From assembly GCF_003611465.1 (NCBI RefSeq), contig NZ_RAXV01000034.1, positions 1-40,000 of the forward strand: DNA of 40,000 nt, written 5' to 3'. Shown here one piece after another: positions 1 to 10,344 of the stretch. Numbering within the stretch: the stretch's first letter is position 1; each line of letters opens with the position of its first letter. The notes under the pieces were generated by a model that saw only the letters and a list, made by a program, of their open reading frames with translations, was not told the origin of the DNA and ran no database searches. The position numbers and the translations under genes are program-made. This stretch comes from Acinetobacter tianfuensis (GTDB lineage Bacteria > Pseudomonadota > Gammaproteobacteria > Pseudomonadales > Moraxellaceae).

Positions 1-1
1 A

Positions 2-457
2 ACCGATGCTAAAATTTTAAAGCATTTACAAGAAGACTCGCGCATGACCAATGCAGAACTTGCAGAACAAATTGGCATGTCGACCTCACCCTGATGGCGC
101 AGAGTCAAACATCTTGAAGATACTCAAGTGATTAAAGGCTACGGTGTTTTATTAGACCGCAAAAAAATTGGCCAAGGCGTCATGGTGTTTATTCGAGTAT
201 CTATTGACAGCCACAGTGAAAAAGAAGCGAAAAAATTTGAAGAACGTGTGACCGAGCTTGAACATGTAGTCGCCTGCTATAGCGTGGGCGGTGATGCTGA
301 CTTTTTGCTGCAAGTGGTGTCACCCGACTTAGACACATATGCAGAGTTTTCTATGTCAATTATTCGGCGCTTGCCCGGCATTAAAGAAATGCAGAGTATT
401 TTTGTGCTGAAAGAAATTAAGCCTTTCTTGGGTTACCCGATTCATAGTCAGAAATAA
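2..457 (+). pseudogene. Lrp/AsnC-family transcriptional regulator; 5' end lies off-window and the frame is interrupted by an in-frame TGA at 92-94
   Basis: The frame from nt 2 reads TDAKILKHLQEDSRMTNAELAEQIGMSTSP*WRRVKHLEDTQVIKGY. This is the Lrp/AsnC HTH, and the stop sits where family members commonly have Cys (SPC-x-RRV). Track ORF 128..457 (GTG start) is the same frame and corresponds to the C-terminal RAM/ligand domain. Confidence 0.6.
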
Positions 458-471
458 AATACGGGCTGAAG

Positions 472-492
472 CTCTCTCCCAAAGGGAGAGGG
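472..492. repeat. Short GC-rich hairpin CTCTCCC-aaa-GGGAGAG between convergent genes (REP-like or non-canonical terminator)
   Basis: 7-bp perfect stem (474-480 / 484-490), extendable by G:U and C:G pairs. No adjacent U-run on either strand. Confidence 0.35.
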
Positions 493-505
493 AAATTCAT
501 TGTAT

Positions 506-2167
506 TTAGCGTGCAAAAGCCCGTTCTAATACTCGCTCTACATCGACCATTTTCGCTTCAATCATACCCACCACACGCCCATGAAATGCACTATAGCGGC
601 TTTGAATAAAGGCATCCGAAACAAAATCAGGGGAATAGCGTTTCAATAAAACCGCTTGCGCCAAGACCGTTAAACGGCTGACCAAACTGCGCCCCATAAA
701 CTGTAAGTCTTCAGGCGATTGATGGAACAATCTGAACAAGTCCTGCAATTCAGTTTGCAAAGTTTCATCTGTATTTGCCGTGCTAGCCAAATCTTTAAAC
801 AGCACTTCAATGGATTCAGGATCACGCCCAATGGCACGCAGTACATCTAAACACATCACATTGCCCGAACCTTCCCAGATGGTATTCACAGGCGCTTCTT
901 TAAAAATGCGCGCCATGATGCCATTATCAACATAGCCATTGCCGCCAAAGACTTCCATCATCTCACCAGTCAGCTCCACTGCACGCTTACAAATCCAAAA
1001 CTTAGCGGCTGGGGTCATAATGCGTTTCCATGCCACAGACAAAGCATCATCCGATTCATAGCACTGCGCCAAATGAAAACTCAGCTGCGTCGCCGCTTCA
1101 CTTTCTAAAGCCAAATCTGCCAAAACTGCACGCATTAAGGGTTGATCAATCAGATGTTTACCAAAAGCCTGACGCTGACGGGTATAAGCAATACATTGCA
1201 CCAAAGCTTGACGCAGCATGGCGCTCGAACCAACTGAACAGGTCAGACGAGTATAGTTCGCCATTTCAATAATGGTTGGAATGCCACGCCCTGCCTCACC
1301 AATCATGATGCCCCATGCATTTTTGAATTCGACTTCCGAGCTTGAATTACTGCGATTCCCGACTTTTTCTTTTAGGCGCTGTACCTGAATATTATTCTTG
1401 GTACCATCTTCCAGCCAACGCGGTACAAAGAAGCAGGCCAAGCCATCTTGTTCGGTTTTTGCCACCACCAAATGCGCATCACACATCGGTGCAGAGAAGA
1501 ACCATTTATGTCCTGTGAGCAAATAAGCCTTGCCTCGTCCTGTTTCTGCCACAGGCACGGCGATGGTTTCATTGGCGCGTACATCCGAACCGCCCTGCTT
1601 TTCAGTCATGCCCATACCGAGCCAAATCGACTTTTTCTGCGCAATCGGTACATCGCGTTCATCATATTCTGTCGATAATAATTGAGTGCCAATTTTCGCC
1701 CACAATTCAGGTTCTCGTTGGATTAAGGGAATACTGCCCAGCGTCATGGAGTTTGGACATAAGTTACCGCATTCGACCTGACCAGCAAGATAAAAACGTG
1801 CGGCCCACTCCACCCATTTCGTTTTGGAATTTGGCTGATTAAACGGATGTGCATGGGTATCAAACTGGCGGTTGAGACCCATCCATTTATGCCATGAAGG
1901 ATGAAATTCGATAAAGTCAGTACGGCGGCCACGGGCATCAAAGGCATGTAAAATTGGCGTGTGTTTGTTGGCTAAAGCTCCATGCTGAAAGTATTTGCTC
2001 GAACCTGCGACTTTACCCATTTCGCATAAAGTCGGCTGATCATGGCTGCCGTAGCGTTTTAAAATTTCATGTAAAACCGTATCACTTGAAAATAAGTTGT
2101 AGTTGTCCAGTTCATCAAATTGGTTGCTGATTTGATGCGTCATCCATGGTTGTTCTAATGTATTCAT
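506..2167 (-). CDS. AidB-like acyl-CoA dehydrogenase family protein
   Basis: 553-aa ORF with motifs GMGMTEKQGGSDV, GHKWFFSAP, CFFVPRW, NRSNSSSEVEF, TPAAKFWICKR and IWEGSGNVMCLDVLR. These match the AidB branch of the acyl-CoA dehydrogenases. Confidence 0.8.
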   Translation of the reverse strand: MNTLEQPWMTHQISNQFDELDNYNLFSSDTVLHEILKRYGSHDQPTLCEMGKVAGSSKYFQHGALANKHTPILHAFDARGRRTDFIEFHPSWHKWMGLNRQFDTHAHPFNQPNSKTKWVEWAARFYLAGQVECGNLCPNSMTLGSIPLIQREPELWAKIGTQLLSTEYDERDVPIAQKKSIWLGMGMTEKQGGSDVRANETIAVPVAETGRGKAYLLTGHKWFFSAPMCDAHLVVAKTEQDGLACFFVPRWLEDGTKNNIQVQRLKEKVGNRSNSSSEVEFKNAWGIMIGEAGRGIPTIIEMANYTRLTCSVGSSAMLRQALVQCIAYTRQRQAFGKHLIDQPLMRAVLADLALESEAATQLSFHLAQCYESDDALSVAWKRIMTPAAKFWICKRAVELTGEMMEVFGGNGYVDNGIMARIFKEAPVNTIWEGSGNVMCLDVLRAIGRDPESIEVLFKDLASTANTDETLQTELQDLFRLFHQSPEDLQFMGRSLVSRLTVLAQAVLLKRYSPDFVSDAFIQSRYSAFHGRVVGMIEAKMVDVERVLERAFAR

Positions 2168-2258
2168 CGTCTATATTTTCCGCTTGTTCTTGTTGGCTTT
2201 TCATTTCAGTATAGAGAAAATTTAAAGCATAGTCGTTCGGTTTTCCACGCTTAAAAAT

Positions 2259-2903
2259 ATGAAGCATTCAGCCATTCAAATACGGCGTAAGCCACGTCAA
2301 TCTCGTGCCAAACTGACCCAAGAAGCCTTACAGGACAGTTTTGTTCGGCTTTTGCATGAGCGCCCTGCCAGCCAAATTACCATTCGGGAAATTACCGACC
2401 TTGCAGGCGTTGGCTTAGGGACGTTTTATGAGTATTTTTCTAAGAAGGAAGATTTGATTGCGCTGACCATTCATTTGCATGTGAAGCACAATGCGGAAAG
2501 CTTAAAAAGTTATGCACAAAGCTTGATCAAGTTATCCACAAATTTGGAGTTTCAGGTGTATTTAGAAAGAATTATTCATTTTCAAATTGAGCAAATTCAA
2601 GCACAGCAGTTTTTATGGTCACAGGTATTTTTGCTGGAACGGCAAATTTCAGATATTGAAAGTTACCGTAAGAGCTATGCCATGATGGTGCAAATGTGGC
2701 AAAGCATTCTTGCACCGTTTATACAGAATGATAAACAGCTCACGTCGATGGCTTTAAATATGCAACGGGTGTGTTATGGCTTTGTATCGCAGACTTTGTT
2801 GATTGAGCCAGAGTTTGGGGATTGGGAAATCTTTGAAATTAATATTATTCAAATGCTAAAATCAACTAATACAAAGCAATTTCAAAATTATACAAGATAT
2901 TGA
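2259..2903 (+). CDS. TetR/AcrR-family transcriptional regulator
   Basis: 214 aa with an N-terminal HTH (ITIREITDLAGVGLGTFYEYFSKKEDL). It is divergent from the acyl-CoA dehydrogenase gene. Confidence 0.8.
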   Translation: MKHSAIQIRRKPRQSRAKLTQEALQDSFVRLLHERPASQITIREITDLAGVGLGTFYEYFSKKEDLIALTIHLHVKHNAESLKSYAQSLIKLSTNLEFQVYLERIIHFQIEQIQAQQFLWSQVFLLERQISDIESYRKSYAMMVQMWQSILAPFIQNDKQLTSMALNMQRVCYGFVSQTLLIEPEFGDWEIFEINIIQMLKSTNTKQFQNYTRY

Positions 2904-2928
2904 GATTAAATAATTTTATGGGGGATTT

Positions 2929-3858
2929 ATGAAACTAAACTATTTTACTTACTGTTTTGAAAGATTCGATGATAAACAACAATTTCGCTGTAATATTCGT
3001 GAATTTATTAAAGCTTCTACTTCACCACAAGCCCTACCATTTGCACGAGTAAATAAACATTCTGGAGAAAACCTATATTTACTCCCTGTTCTATCGGGTC
3101 TTTATTTATTCGTTCAAACAAAAGATCGAGAAATTATAAAAAAAATTGAACGAAAAGATGACGAAATTAAAGCTCACGAAATTCAGTCTTTACTAACTAA
3201 AGATGAAAGCTTAGGTTTTGCTTCATACATATATTTTCATCCTATGATCAATGTATTTGGATTTGCATCCCGAGTACTATCGCCCAAATGTACAGTTTTT
3301 CAAACTTTTATTAACAACTTGCTCTTAATGCTTAATATCCGTGACATCAATTTTTTAATACATCCATTAAAAACACAAATTACTAAAGCAGAAGCAATGA
3401 AGTTTCCATTTATTGGTACTACACGCGTTTTAGTCAATGGAAATAGTAGCTTTGGACAAAATGTTAAAGAATTTTTGCTAGGCTCCACTAATCAAAATGA
3501 TCTAGAGATTATTGAAAGTTTTGAAATTATTATTAAACCCTCTCCACGAAAGCCTCTCACTGATACTATAAAACATCAATTAGCTACATTAGATGATGAC
3601 GGTGTTAAAGGTATTATTTTACGTGCTAAACAAAATTTGGAAGATAATATCAAAGATTATTACATACATCAGGCTGGTGCATTGTACGATGAGATTACCA
3701 ATACAGAAGAAGAAAAAATATTTAATGAAATTAAAGATAAATTAGAAAACAATAGTGAGTTGGCTGAAAAGGTGTCCGAATATGAACATGAAGTCCCAGA
3801 AGGTTCTAATGAACGTATTAATCATTTTAGTCAGCCCGATAATTGGCGTACTGACTGA
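2929..3858 (+). CDS. Hypothetical soluble protein, RexA-like (candidate abortive-infection sensor)
   Basis: 309-aa ORF with a GGGGGA Shine-Dalgarno just upstream of the ATG, in very AT-rich DNA. Ordered motifs LYLFVQTKD, DESLGFASYIYF, GFASRV, FIGTTRVLV, FEIIIKPSPRK and IILRAKQN parallel lambda RexA as I recall it (FLFTKTND, DESLGFPSFLF, GFARTV, FIGRTTVKV, LDIVIKPKFKR, ISLRAKDE). Confidence 0.55.
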   Translation: MKLNYFTYCFERFDDKQQFRCNIREFIKASTSPQALPFARVNKHSGENLYLLPVLSGLYLFVQTKDREIIKKIERKDDEIKAHEIQSLLTKDESLGFASYIYFHPMINVFGFASRVLSPKCTVFQTFINNLLLMLNIRDINFLIHPLKTQITKAEAMKFPFIGTTRVLVNGNSSFGQNVKEFLLGSTNQNDLEIIESFEIIIKPSPRKPLTDTIKHQLATLDDDGVKGIILRAKQNLEDNIKDYYIHQAGALYDEITNTEEEKIFNEIKDKLENNSELAEKVSEYEHEVPEGSNERINHFSQPDNWRTD

Positions 3859-4249
3859 GCTCATATATTTTCATTATTTGAAAGAAATTATTACTATTAG
3901 TTTTTTTACAAATGCTAAAGACCTAGCAACTGCACTTCTCAGCTATGCTATCGCTATGTTTGGTATTGTCGCTATGATAATTACACTAGTTTATGGTCTA
4001 TCAAAACCAGGTGTAAGTAATTATAGGAAAAAGTTTGGTGTTCAATTTGCTTTGCTTTGGATATTTTGTATTATTTATCTATCACTTACTGGACTATTAT
4101 CCATTTTAGGATTTGCTAAAATTGATATCATGTATTTATCTATCTTAATAAAAATATTTCTTGTGCTGTTTATATCTAGCTTTATTCAATCAATCATTAC
4201 TATTTTTATTGGTATAGCAATTTTAATTAACAGCAACAAAGTCGCTTAA
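3782..4249 (+). CDS. Small four-TM membrane protein, RexB-like (candidate effector); start uncertain (3755/3782/3788/3809)
   Basis: The ORF overlaps the 3' end of the upstream gene in another frame. It has four long hydrophobic segments and is ~146-155 aa depending on start (lambda RexB is 144 aa with 4 TM). AAGGTG lies 7 nt before ATG 3782 and AGAAGG lies 5 nt before ATG 3809. Local resemblance to RexB: LIYFHYL, ATALLSYAIAM. Confidence 0.5.
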   Translation: MNMKSQKVLMNVLIILVSPIIGVLTELIYFHYLKEIITISFFTNAKDLATALLSYAIAMFGIVAMIITLVYGLSKPGVSNYRKKFGVQFALLWIFCIIYLSLTGLLSILGFAKIDIMYLSILIKIFLVLFISSFIQSIITIFIGIAILINSNKVA

Positions 4250-4250
4250 T

Positions 4251-4280
4251 AAAAAACCGCCTTTTCAGGCGGTTTTTTTT
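4251..4280. terminator. Bidirectional rho-independent terminator shared by the cassette and katG
   Basis: AAAAAA-CCGCC-ttttca-GGCGG-TTTTTTTT. Confidence 0.85.
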
Positions 4281-4295
4281 ACATCTCAATGCAAA

Positions 4296-6548
<2,253 letters not shown>

Positions 6549-6832
6549 TTAACCTTTTTAAGTGACAATATGAAGTGAGTTTTACGAATAAAAACAATCG
6601 TTTTATTCAATTTAAGCGCTTCAAAATAAATGACATTTTATTTTTCATAGAGTTAGATCTCTGCTTATGAAAAATTCATCTTTAAGCGCGTTTTCTCAAT
6701 CATTTTTATATTTTTTTATCGGTAAAAAAAGAAAACGTTAAGTTTATGGACTGAAATTAGTGTATTTTTTAAACTCATTTTAAAAATACTGATAAACTAA
6801 ACAAATAAATAAAATGAAAAGAGTGTGGATGT

Positions 6833-7273
6833 ATGCAAAACGATATCCCAAATATTTTTCAGCAGCATAATATTATTTTATTCGATGCCATCTGCGTACT
6901 TTGTAATGGCTGGGCTAAATTTTTAATTAAAAATGATCGGCAGAAAAAATTCAAATTGGCTTCCGTCCAGTCCCCGCTTGGGGAAGCAATTTTAAAACAT
7001 TATGGTATGTCTACCGAAAATTACACCACCATGGTCGTCATTTTAAAAGGTCAGCGATACCTTGAATCTGCTGCCCTCCTCAAAGTCCTGCAGCGCTTAG
7101 GCATGCCTTACTCGCTGCTCAGCGCAGGCTTCATTATTCCCCAAGCAATCCGTGATTTTTTATATCGCCGTGTCGCTCTCAACCGCTATCAGCTATTTGG
7201 CACCACAGATTATTGCCTGCTGCCGTCTGCAGAAAATCAGCAGCACTTTTTAGAATATGCCATCCATGACTAA
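6833..7273 (+). CDS. DCC-family (DUF393) thiol-disulfide oxidoreductase
   Basis: 146 aa with N-terminal LFDAICVLCNGWAKFL (C-x-x-C), as in DCC1-like proteins. Confidence 0.7.
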   Translation: MQNDIPNIFQQHNIILFDAICVLCNGWAKFLIKNDRQKKFKLASVQSPLGEAILKHYGMSTENYTTMVVILKGQRYLESAALLKVLQRLGMPYSLLSAGFIIPQAIRDFLYRRVALNRYQLFGTTDYCLLPSAENQQHFLEYAIHD

Positions 7274-7655
7274 ATCAGCCCGGCACATCGTGCTCGGCAT
7301 TCACTTCAGTCTGGCCGTTTTATGGTTCTATCAAGGTTTAGTACCCAAAATTTTAGTACAAGCGCCTGATGAACTGCGGATTTGGGCACTGCAAGGCGTA
7401 ACAGAGACTAACGCTGTTATTCTGATGCAGTTATCTGGCTGTGCAGAGATTATTTTTGGCCTGCTGTTCCTGCTATTTCGCCAAAGTCAGCGGTTACATG
7501 TGCTGAATATCGCTGGCATGCTGGGACTGAGCGCCCTCATTTTATGGCTTGATCCGCAATATTTTTTGCAGGCTTTTAACCCTTTTGTCATGAACGCTGC
7601 CATGACCGCGCTCTCAGTCATTGCCATTGTACTGATCCAAGAAGAAAAGCAATGA
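7257..7655 (+). CDS. DoxX-like small membrane protein
   Basis: 132 aa with four hydrophobic helices. It overlaps the DCC gene by 17 nt, a common DCC/DoxX-like pairing. Confidence 0.5.
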   Translation: MPSMTKSARHIVLGIHFSLAVLWFYQGLVPKILVQAPDELRIWALQGVTETNAVILMQLSGCAEIIFGLLFLLFRQSQRLHVLNIAGMLGLSALILWLDPQYFLQAFNPFVMNAAMTALSVIAIVLIQEEKQ

Positions 7656-7656
7656 C

Positions 7657-8718
7657 TTAAACCGTTAAACGCTTGCCTTCACGGATACAAATAAAAGGAT
7701 TCATCAGCTTCGAAGACTTCTGACGCGCTTTTTGCAAGTCTTCTTCCGGCTGTTCACGGCTTTCATCTGTCAGCTGGAAAGTGCGGTAGTGAATGGCCAA
7801 AGAGCATTTTGCATGCAAGTCTTTATGCGCCTGAAACGCTTCATCTGGGTTCATGTGCAAATAACGCATCAGCAGACGCGGCTCATAAGCGCCAATCGGC
7901 AGCAGCGCAATACGCGGCGCACCATATTTGGCATAGATGTCTTTAAAATGCGGTGAATAGCCTGTGTCGCCAGCAAAGAAGCAATGATCCTGACCATTCA
8001 GCACAGAAAACCCGCCCCATAAGGCACGGTTCTGATCGCGCAAACCGCGGCCTGAACCATGCTGCGCTGGCGTATAAACCAGTTTCAAATCGCCTAATAA
8101 AGAAGACTGCCACCAGTCCATTTCATAAACCTGGAAATGATCTGGCAAATAGAATGCATTGCCCAAACCTGTATAAATAGGCATCGCAAAACGCTCATGC
8201 AGCCACGTCAGGCTTGCGATATCCATGTGATCATAATGATTATGGCTCAGCAGCACGGCATGAATTTCTGGAAGCTCCTCCAAAGCAATACCGGCAGGAC
8301 AAACACGGCGCGGCCCGCTGCCCTGTCTAGGCCCTGCATACTCAGACCAGACAGGATCCGTCAGCAGGTTATAAGGGCCAATTTGAATCAGCACCGTCGC
8401 ATGGCCGACAAACCACACCTGCCAATCATCTAATTTGGCATTCGGGCGGTTTTGCGGCAAAGAGCGCGAAGCCTGTTCAAATTGCTGATACTCCTTTTTA
8501 CGGTCTACGCTCCATGTATAAGAACGGCGCTTGAGCATCCATTTTACAAAATTTGAACGCTTATGACTTTCTGGCGGCCGCAGCGCATTCAGAAAATGTT
8601 CACCATTAAAATGCTCCGATGCGAGGTAATCAAATATCGGCTGCTGCCAAGTATGCGACCAGCAGCTGGCTGCCGGCAATTGAAAATGCTTTTGTTCTAC
8701 ATCTTGCTTCATGGACAT
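7657..8718 (-). CDS. MBL-fold metallo-hydrolase (NAPE-PLD-like)
   Basis: 353 aa with the metallo-beta-lactamase motif LLSHNHYDHMD. Confidence 0.75.
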   Translation of the reverse strand: MSMKQDVEQKHFQLPAASCWSHTWQQPIFDYLASEHFNGEHFLNALRPPESHKRSNFVKWMLKRRSYTWSVDRKKEYQQFEQASRSLPQNRPNAKLDDWQVWFVGHATVLIQIGPYNLLTDPVWSEYAGPRQGSGPRRVCPAGIALEELPEIHAVLLSHNHYDHMDIASLTWLHERFAMPIYTGLGNAFYLPDHFQVYEMDWWQSSLLGDLKLVYTPAQHGSGRGLRDQNRALWGGFSVLNGQDHCFFAGDTGYSPHFKDIYAKYGAPRIALLPIGAYEPRLLMRYLHMNPDEAFQAHKDLHAKCSLAIHYRTFQLTDESREQPEEDLQKARQKSSKLMNPFICIREGKRLTV

Positions 8719-9131
8719 TCAAAGTTCTTCAATTTAAAAAATACGAAATCAGCAGCGCCTCATGCTCACAGTCTGCTTCGACAACATTATTCGCCATTCA
8801 CGCCAGCTTGACTCATTTAACAGCTGGACAAAGCTTGCCATATTTTCAGAGTCAATCTGTTGCGTTTATGATTCAAAGCGTTTATTGCTTGCATATGCCG
8901 CAGCGCTTCGTCATTTTTAAACGCTTACCTAAAAGAAGCAATACGCCTAAATGCTTAGACTGCCTAAAACCCAATTTTCAGCCGAAATTTCACGCAGCTA
9001 AGCGAAGTACAGTACATATTCAGCAAAAGTATAAAAATATTTCATGGCCCTGCTGTGCATCACTCCGCATGAATGGTCATTTTCCATAGACCAGAACACC
9101 ATAGAAAAAGGAGTCGCAGCCCCTTGATGTT

Positions 9132-10040
9132 TTATTTTGTAAAATACTGTCCGCGCCACTCTTTCCAGAAGTAAAGCACAATACCGAACATCACCGCGCT
9201 AATCCCCAATACAGCATTCGCGCTAATATGTTCATGATTTAAAGTCGCGCCCAGAACCAAAGCAATGACTGGCGTCATGACATTACTTAATGACACTGTT
9301 GAAGCGGCTAGGCGTTTGATCAGCCAGAAGTAGCACAGCATGGCCACAATGGATGACAGAATCATGGTAAATAAGAAACCGATCATGGCATTGCTGCTTG
9401 GCATCTGGGTCGGGAAATGCTGCCAGATAAATGGAATCAGCAGCAGTGAACCCAGTGCAGATACAATGAGTGATCCCGTTGCTTGCGACATCGGTTTCAG
9501 CGGCGCATTAATCTGCTTGACCCAAAAAATAGAGCTGATATATGACACCATACTGATCAGCATCAGCACGATGCCCCATGGGTTAACTTTGCTGTCGGCT
9601 GAATCAATAAATACATAACTTAAGCCCACAATCGCAATCGCCATGCCCAGCCACTGCAGCCACACCAATCTATGCGTTTTTAAAATCACATGGCCAATAA
9701 GACCTGCAATCAGCGGTGAAAAACCGAAAATCAGCGCCATCAAACCTGAGGTTAAATAATTGGCTGCCAGATAAATAAACAGCTGCGCGCCAATCAAATT
9801 CAGACTGCCTGCCACGTAACTCTGCATAGACACTTTGTCAAAAGGCAGCGGGCCGCGCATCAGCTTAAGTAAGAATAAAGCAATGATTGAAGCGCCAAAA
9901 TAGCGAATGATCAGCACCCACATTGGATGTACTTCCGCCACACTCCAGACAATCGCAAGCGGCGTAGCTGCCCAGATCAGCACCAGCAAAGCATAAATAC
10001 TTGCCGTGATCATCATGGGAGAGGATGAATTTGAACTCAT
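9132..10040 (-). CDS. EamA/DMT-family transporter
   Basis: 302 aa and ~10 TM segments, with the two-repeat architecture typical of EamA. Confidence 0.8.
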   Translation of the reverse strand: MSSNSSSPMMITASIYALLVLIWAATPLAIVWSVAEVHPMWVLIIRYFGASIIALFLLKLMRGPLPFDKVSMQSYVAGSLNLIGAQLFIYLAANYLTSGLMALIFGFSPLIAGLIGHVILKTHRLVWLQWLGMAIAIVGLSYVFIDSADSKVNPWGIVLMLISMVSYISSIFWVKQINAPLKPMSQATGSLIVSALGSLLLIPFIWQHFPTQMPSSNAMIGFLFTMILSSIVAMLCYFWLIKRLAASTVSLSNVMTPVIALVLGATLNHEHISANAVLGISAVMFGIVLYFWKEWRGQYFTK

Positions 10041-10113
10041 AAACTGCTCAATAAAAATGTATTAGAAAGAATCGAACCAAATTTATGTTCAAATCTGCAA
10101 TCAACAATACCGG

Positions 10114-10206
10114 TGGCGGCAAGGATGCCGCCAGATCGTTTGGGGTATAGAGATATACCCTCAAACGATCAAAAAAATTTTGTTACTTTTCATCTTTGAA
10201 AAGTAA
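10114..10206. other. Cluster of three strong hairpins in the eamA-hcaD intergenic region
   Basis: 10114-10133: TGGCGGCA-agga-TGCCGCCA. 10134-10170: GATCGTTTG(g)GGGTATA-gaga-TATACCC(t)CAAACGATC. 10183-10206: TTACTTTTCA-tctt-TGAAAAGTAA. Confidence 0.5.
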
Positions 10207-10283
10207 AACACACCTACGCAATGCCATTAAAAATCACAATGCAAATTGCGGTCATGTCTCAAATAATAAAATAAAACAGCCAT

Positions 10284-10315
10284 AAAAAAGCAGACCTAGG
10301 TTGCCCAAGGTCTGC
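10284..10315 (-). terminator. Rho-independent terminator after hcaD
   Basis: GCAGACCT...AGGTCTGC stem. On the minus strand it is followed by a T-run (A-run 10284-10289 on plus). Confidence 0.7.
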
Positions 10316-10344
10316 CCTGCTGTAAACTCATAAATAAAGCAAAG

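Noticed and set aside
92-94. Reading the in-frame TGA in the Lrp gene as selenocysteine
   Set aside because: The replaced Cys is in the HTH region and is not a redox-active site. I see no obvious SECIS-like stem-loop immediately downstream, and no Sec machinery is evident. A nonsense mutation or sequencing error is far more likely.
2904-4295. Direct repeats, IS ends or an integrase defining the borders of the AT-rich Rex-like cassette
   Set aside because: The flanks share only a trivial TTAA(A)TAA match. No inverted or direct repeats longer than a few bp and no mobility gene were found, so the insertion mechanism cannot be called from this window.
6645-6670. Dyad TCATA-N5-AGATCT-N5-TATGA upstream of katG as an OxyR operator
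   Set aside because: Only the 5-bp outer arms and the central 6-bp palindrome are symmetric. The spacing does not fit the ATAG-N7-CTAT x2 OxyR pattern when aligned. Such symmetry is expected by chance in AT-rich DNA.
8619-9089. 156-aa ORF spanning the MBL-hydrolase start and the 413-bp gap before eamA
   Set aside because: It overlaps the real MBL gene start on the opposite strand. The translation has no domain-like pattern, with scattered Cys, His and Lys. The gap is more simply the eamA terminator plus the MBL promoter. I could not find a convincing hairpin, repeat or gene remnant in it.
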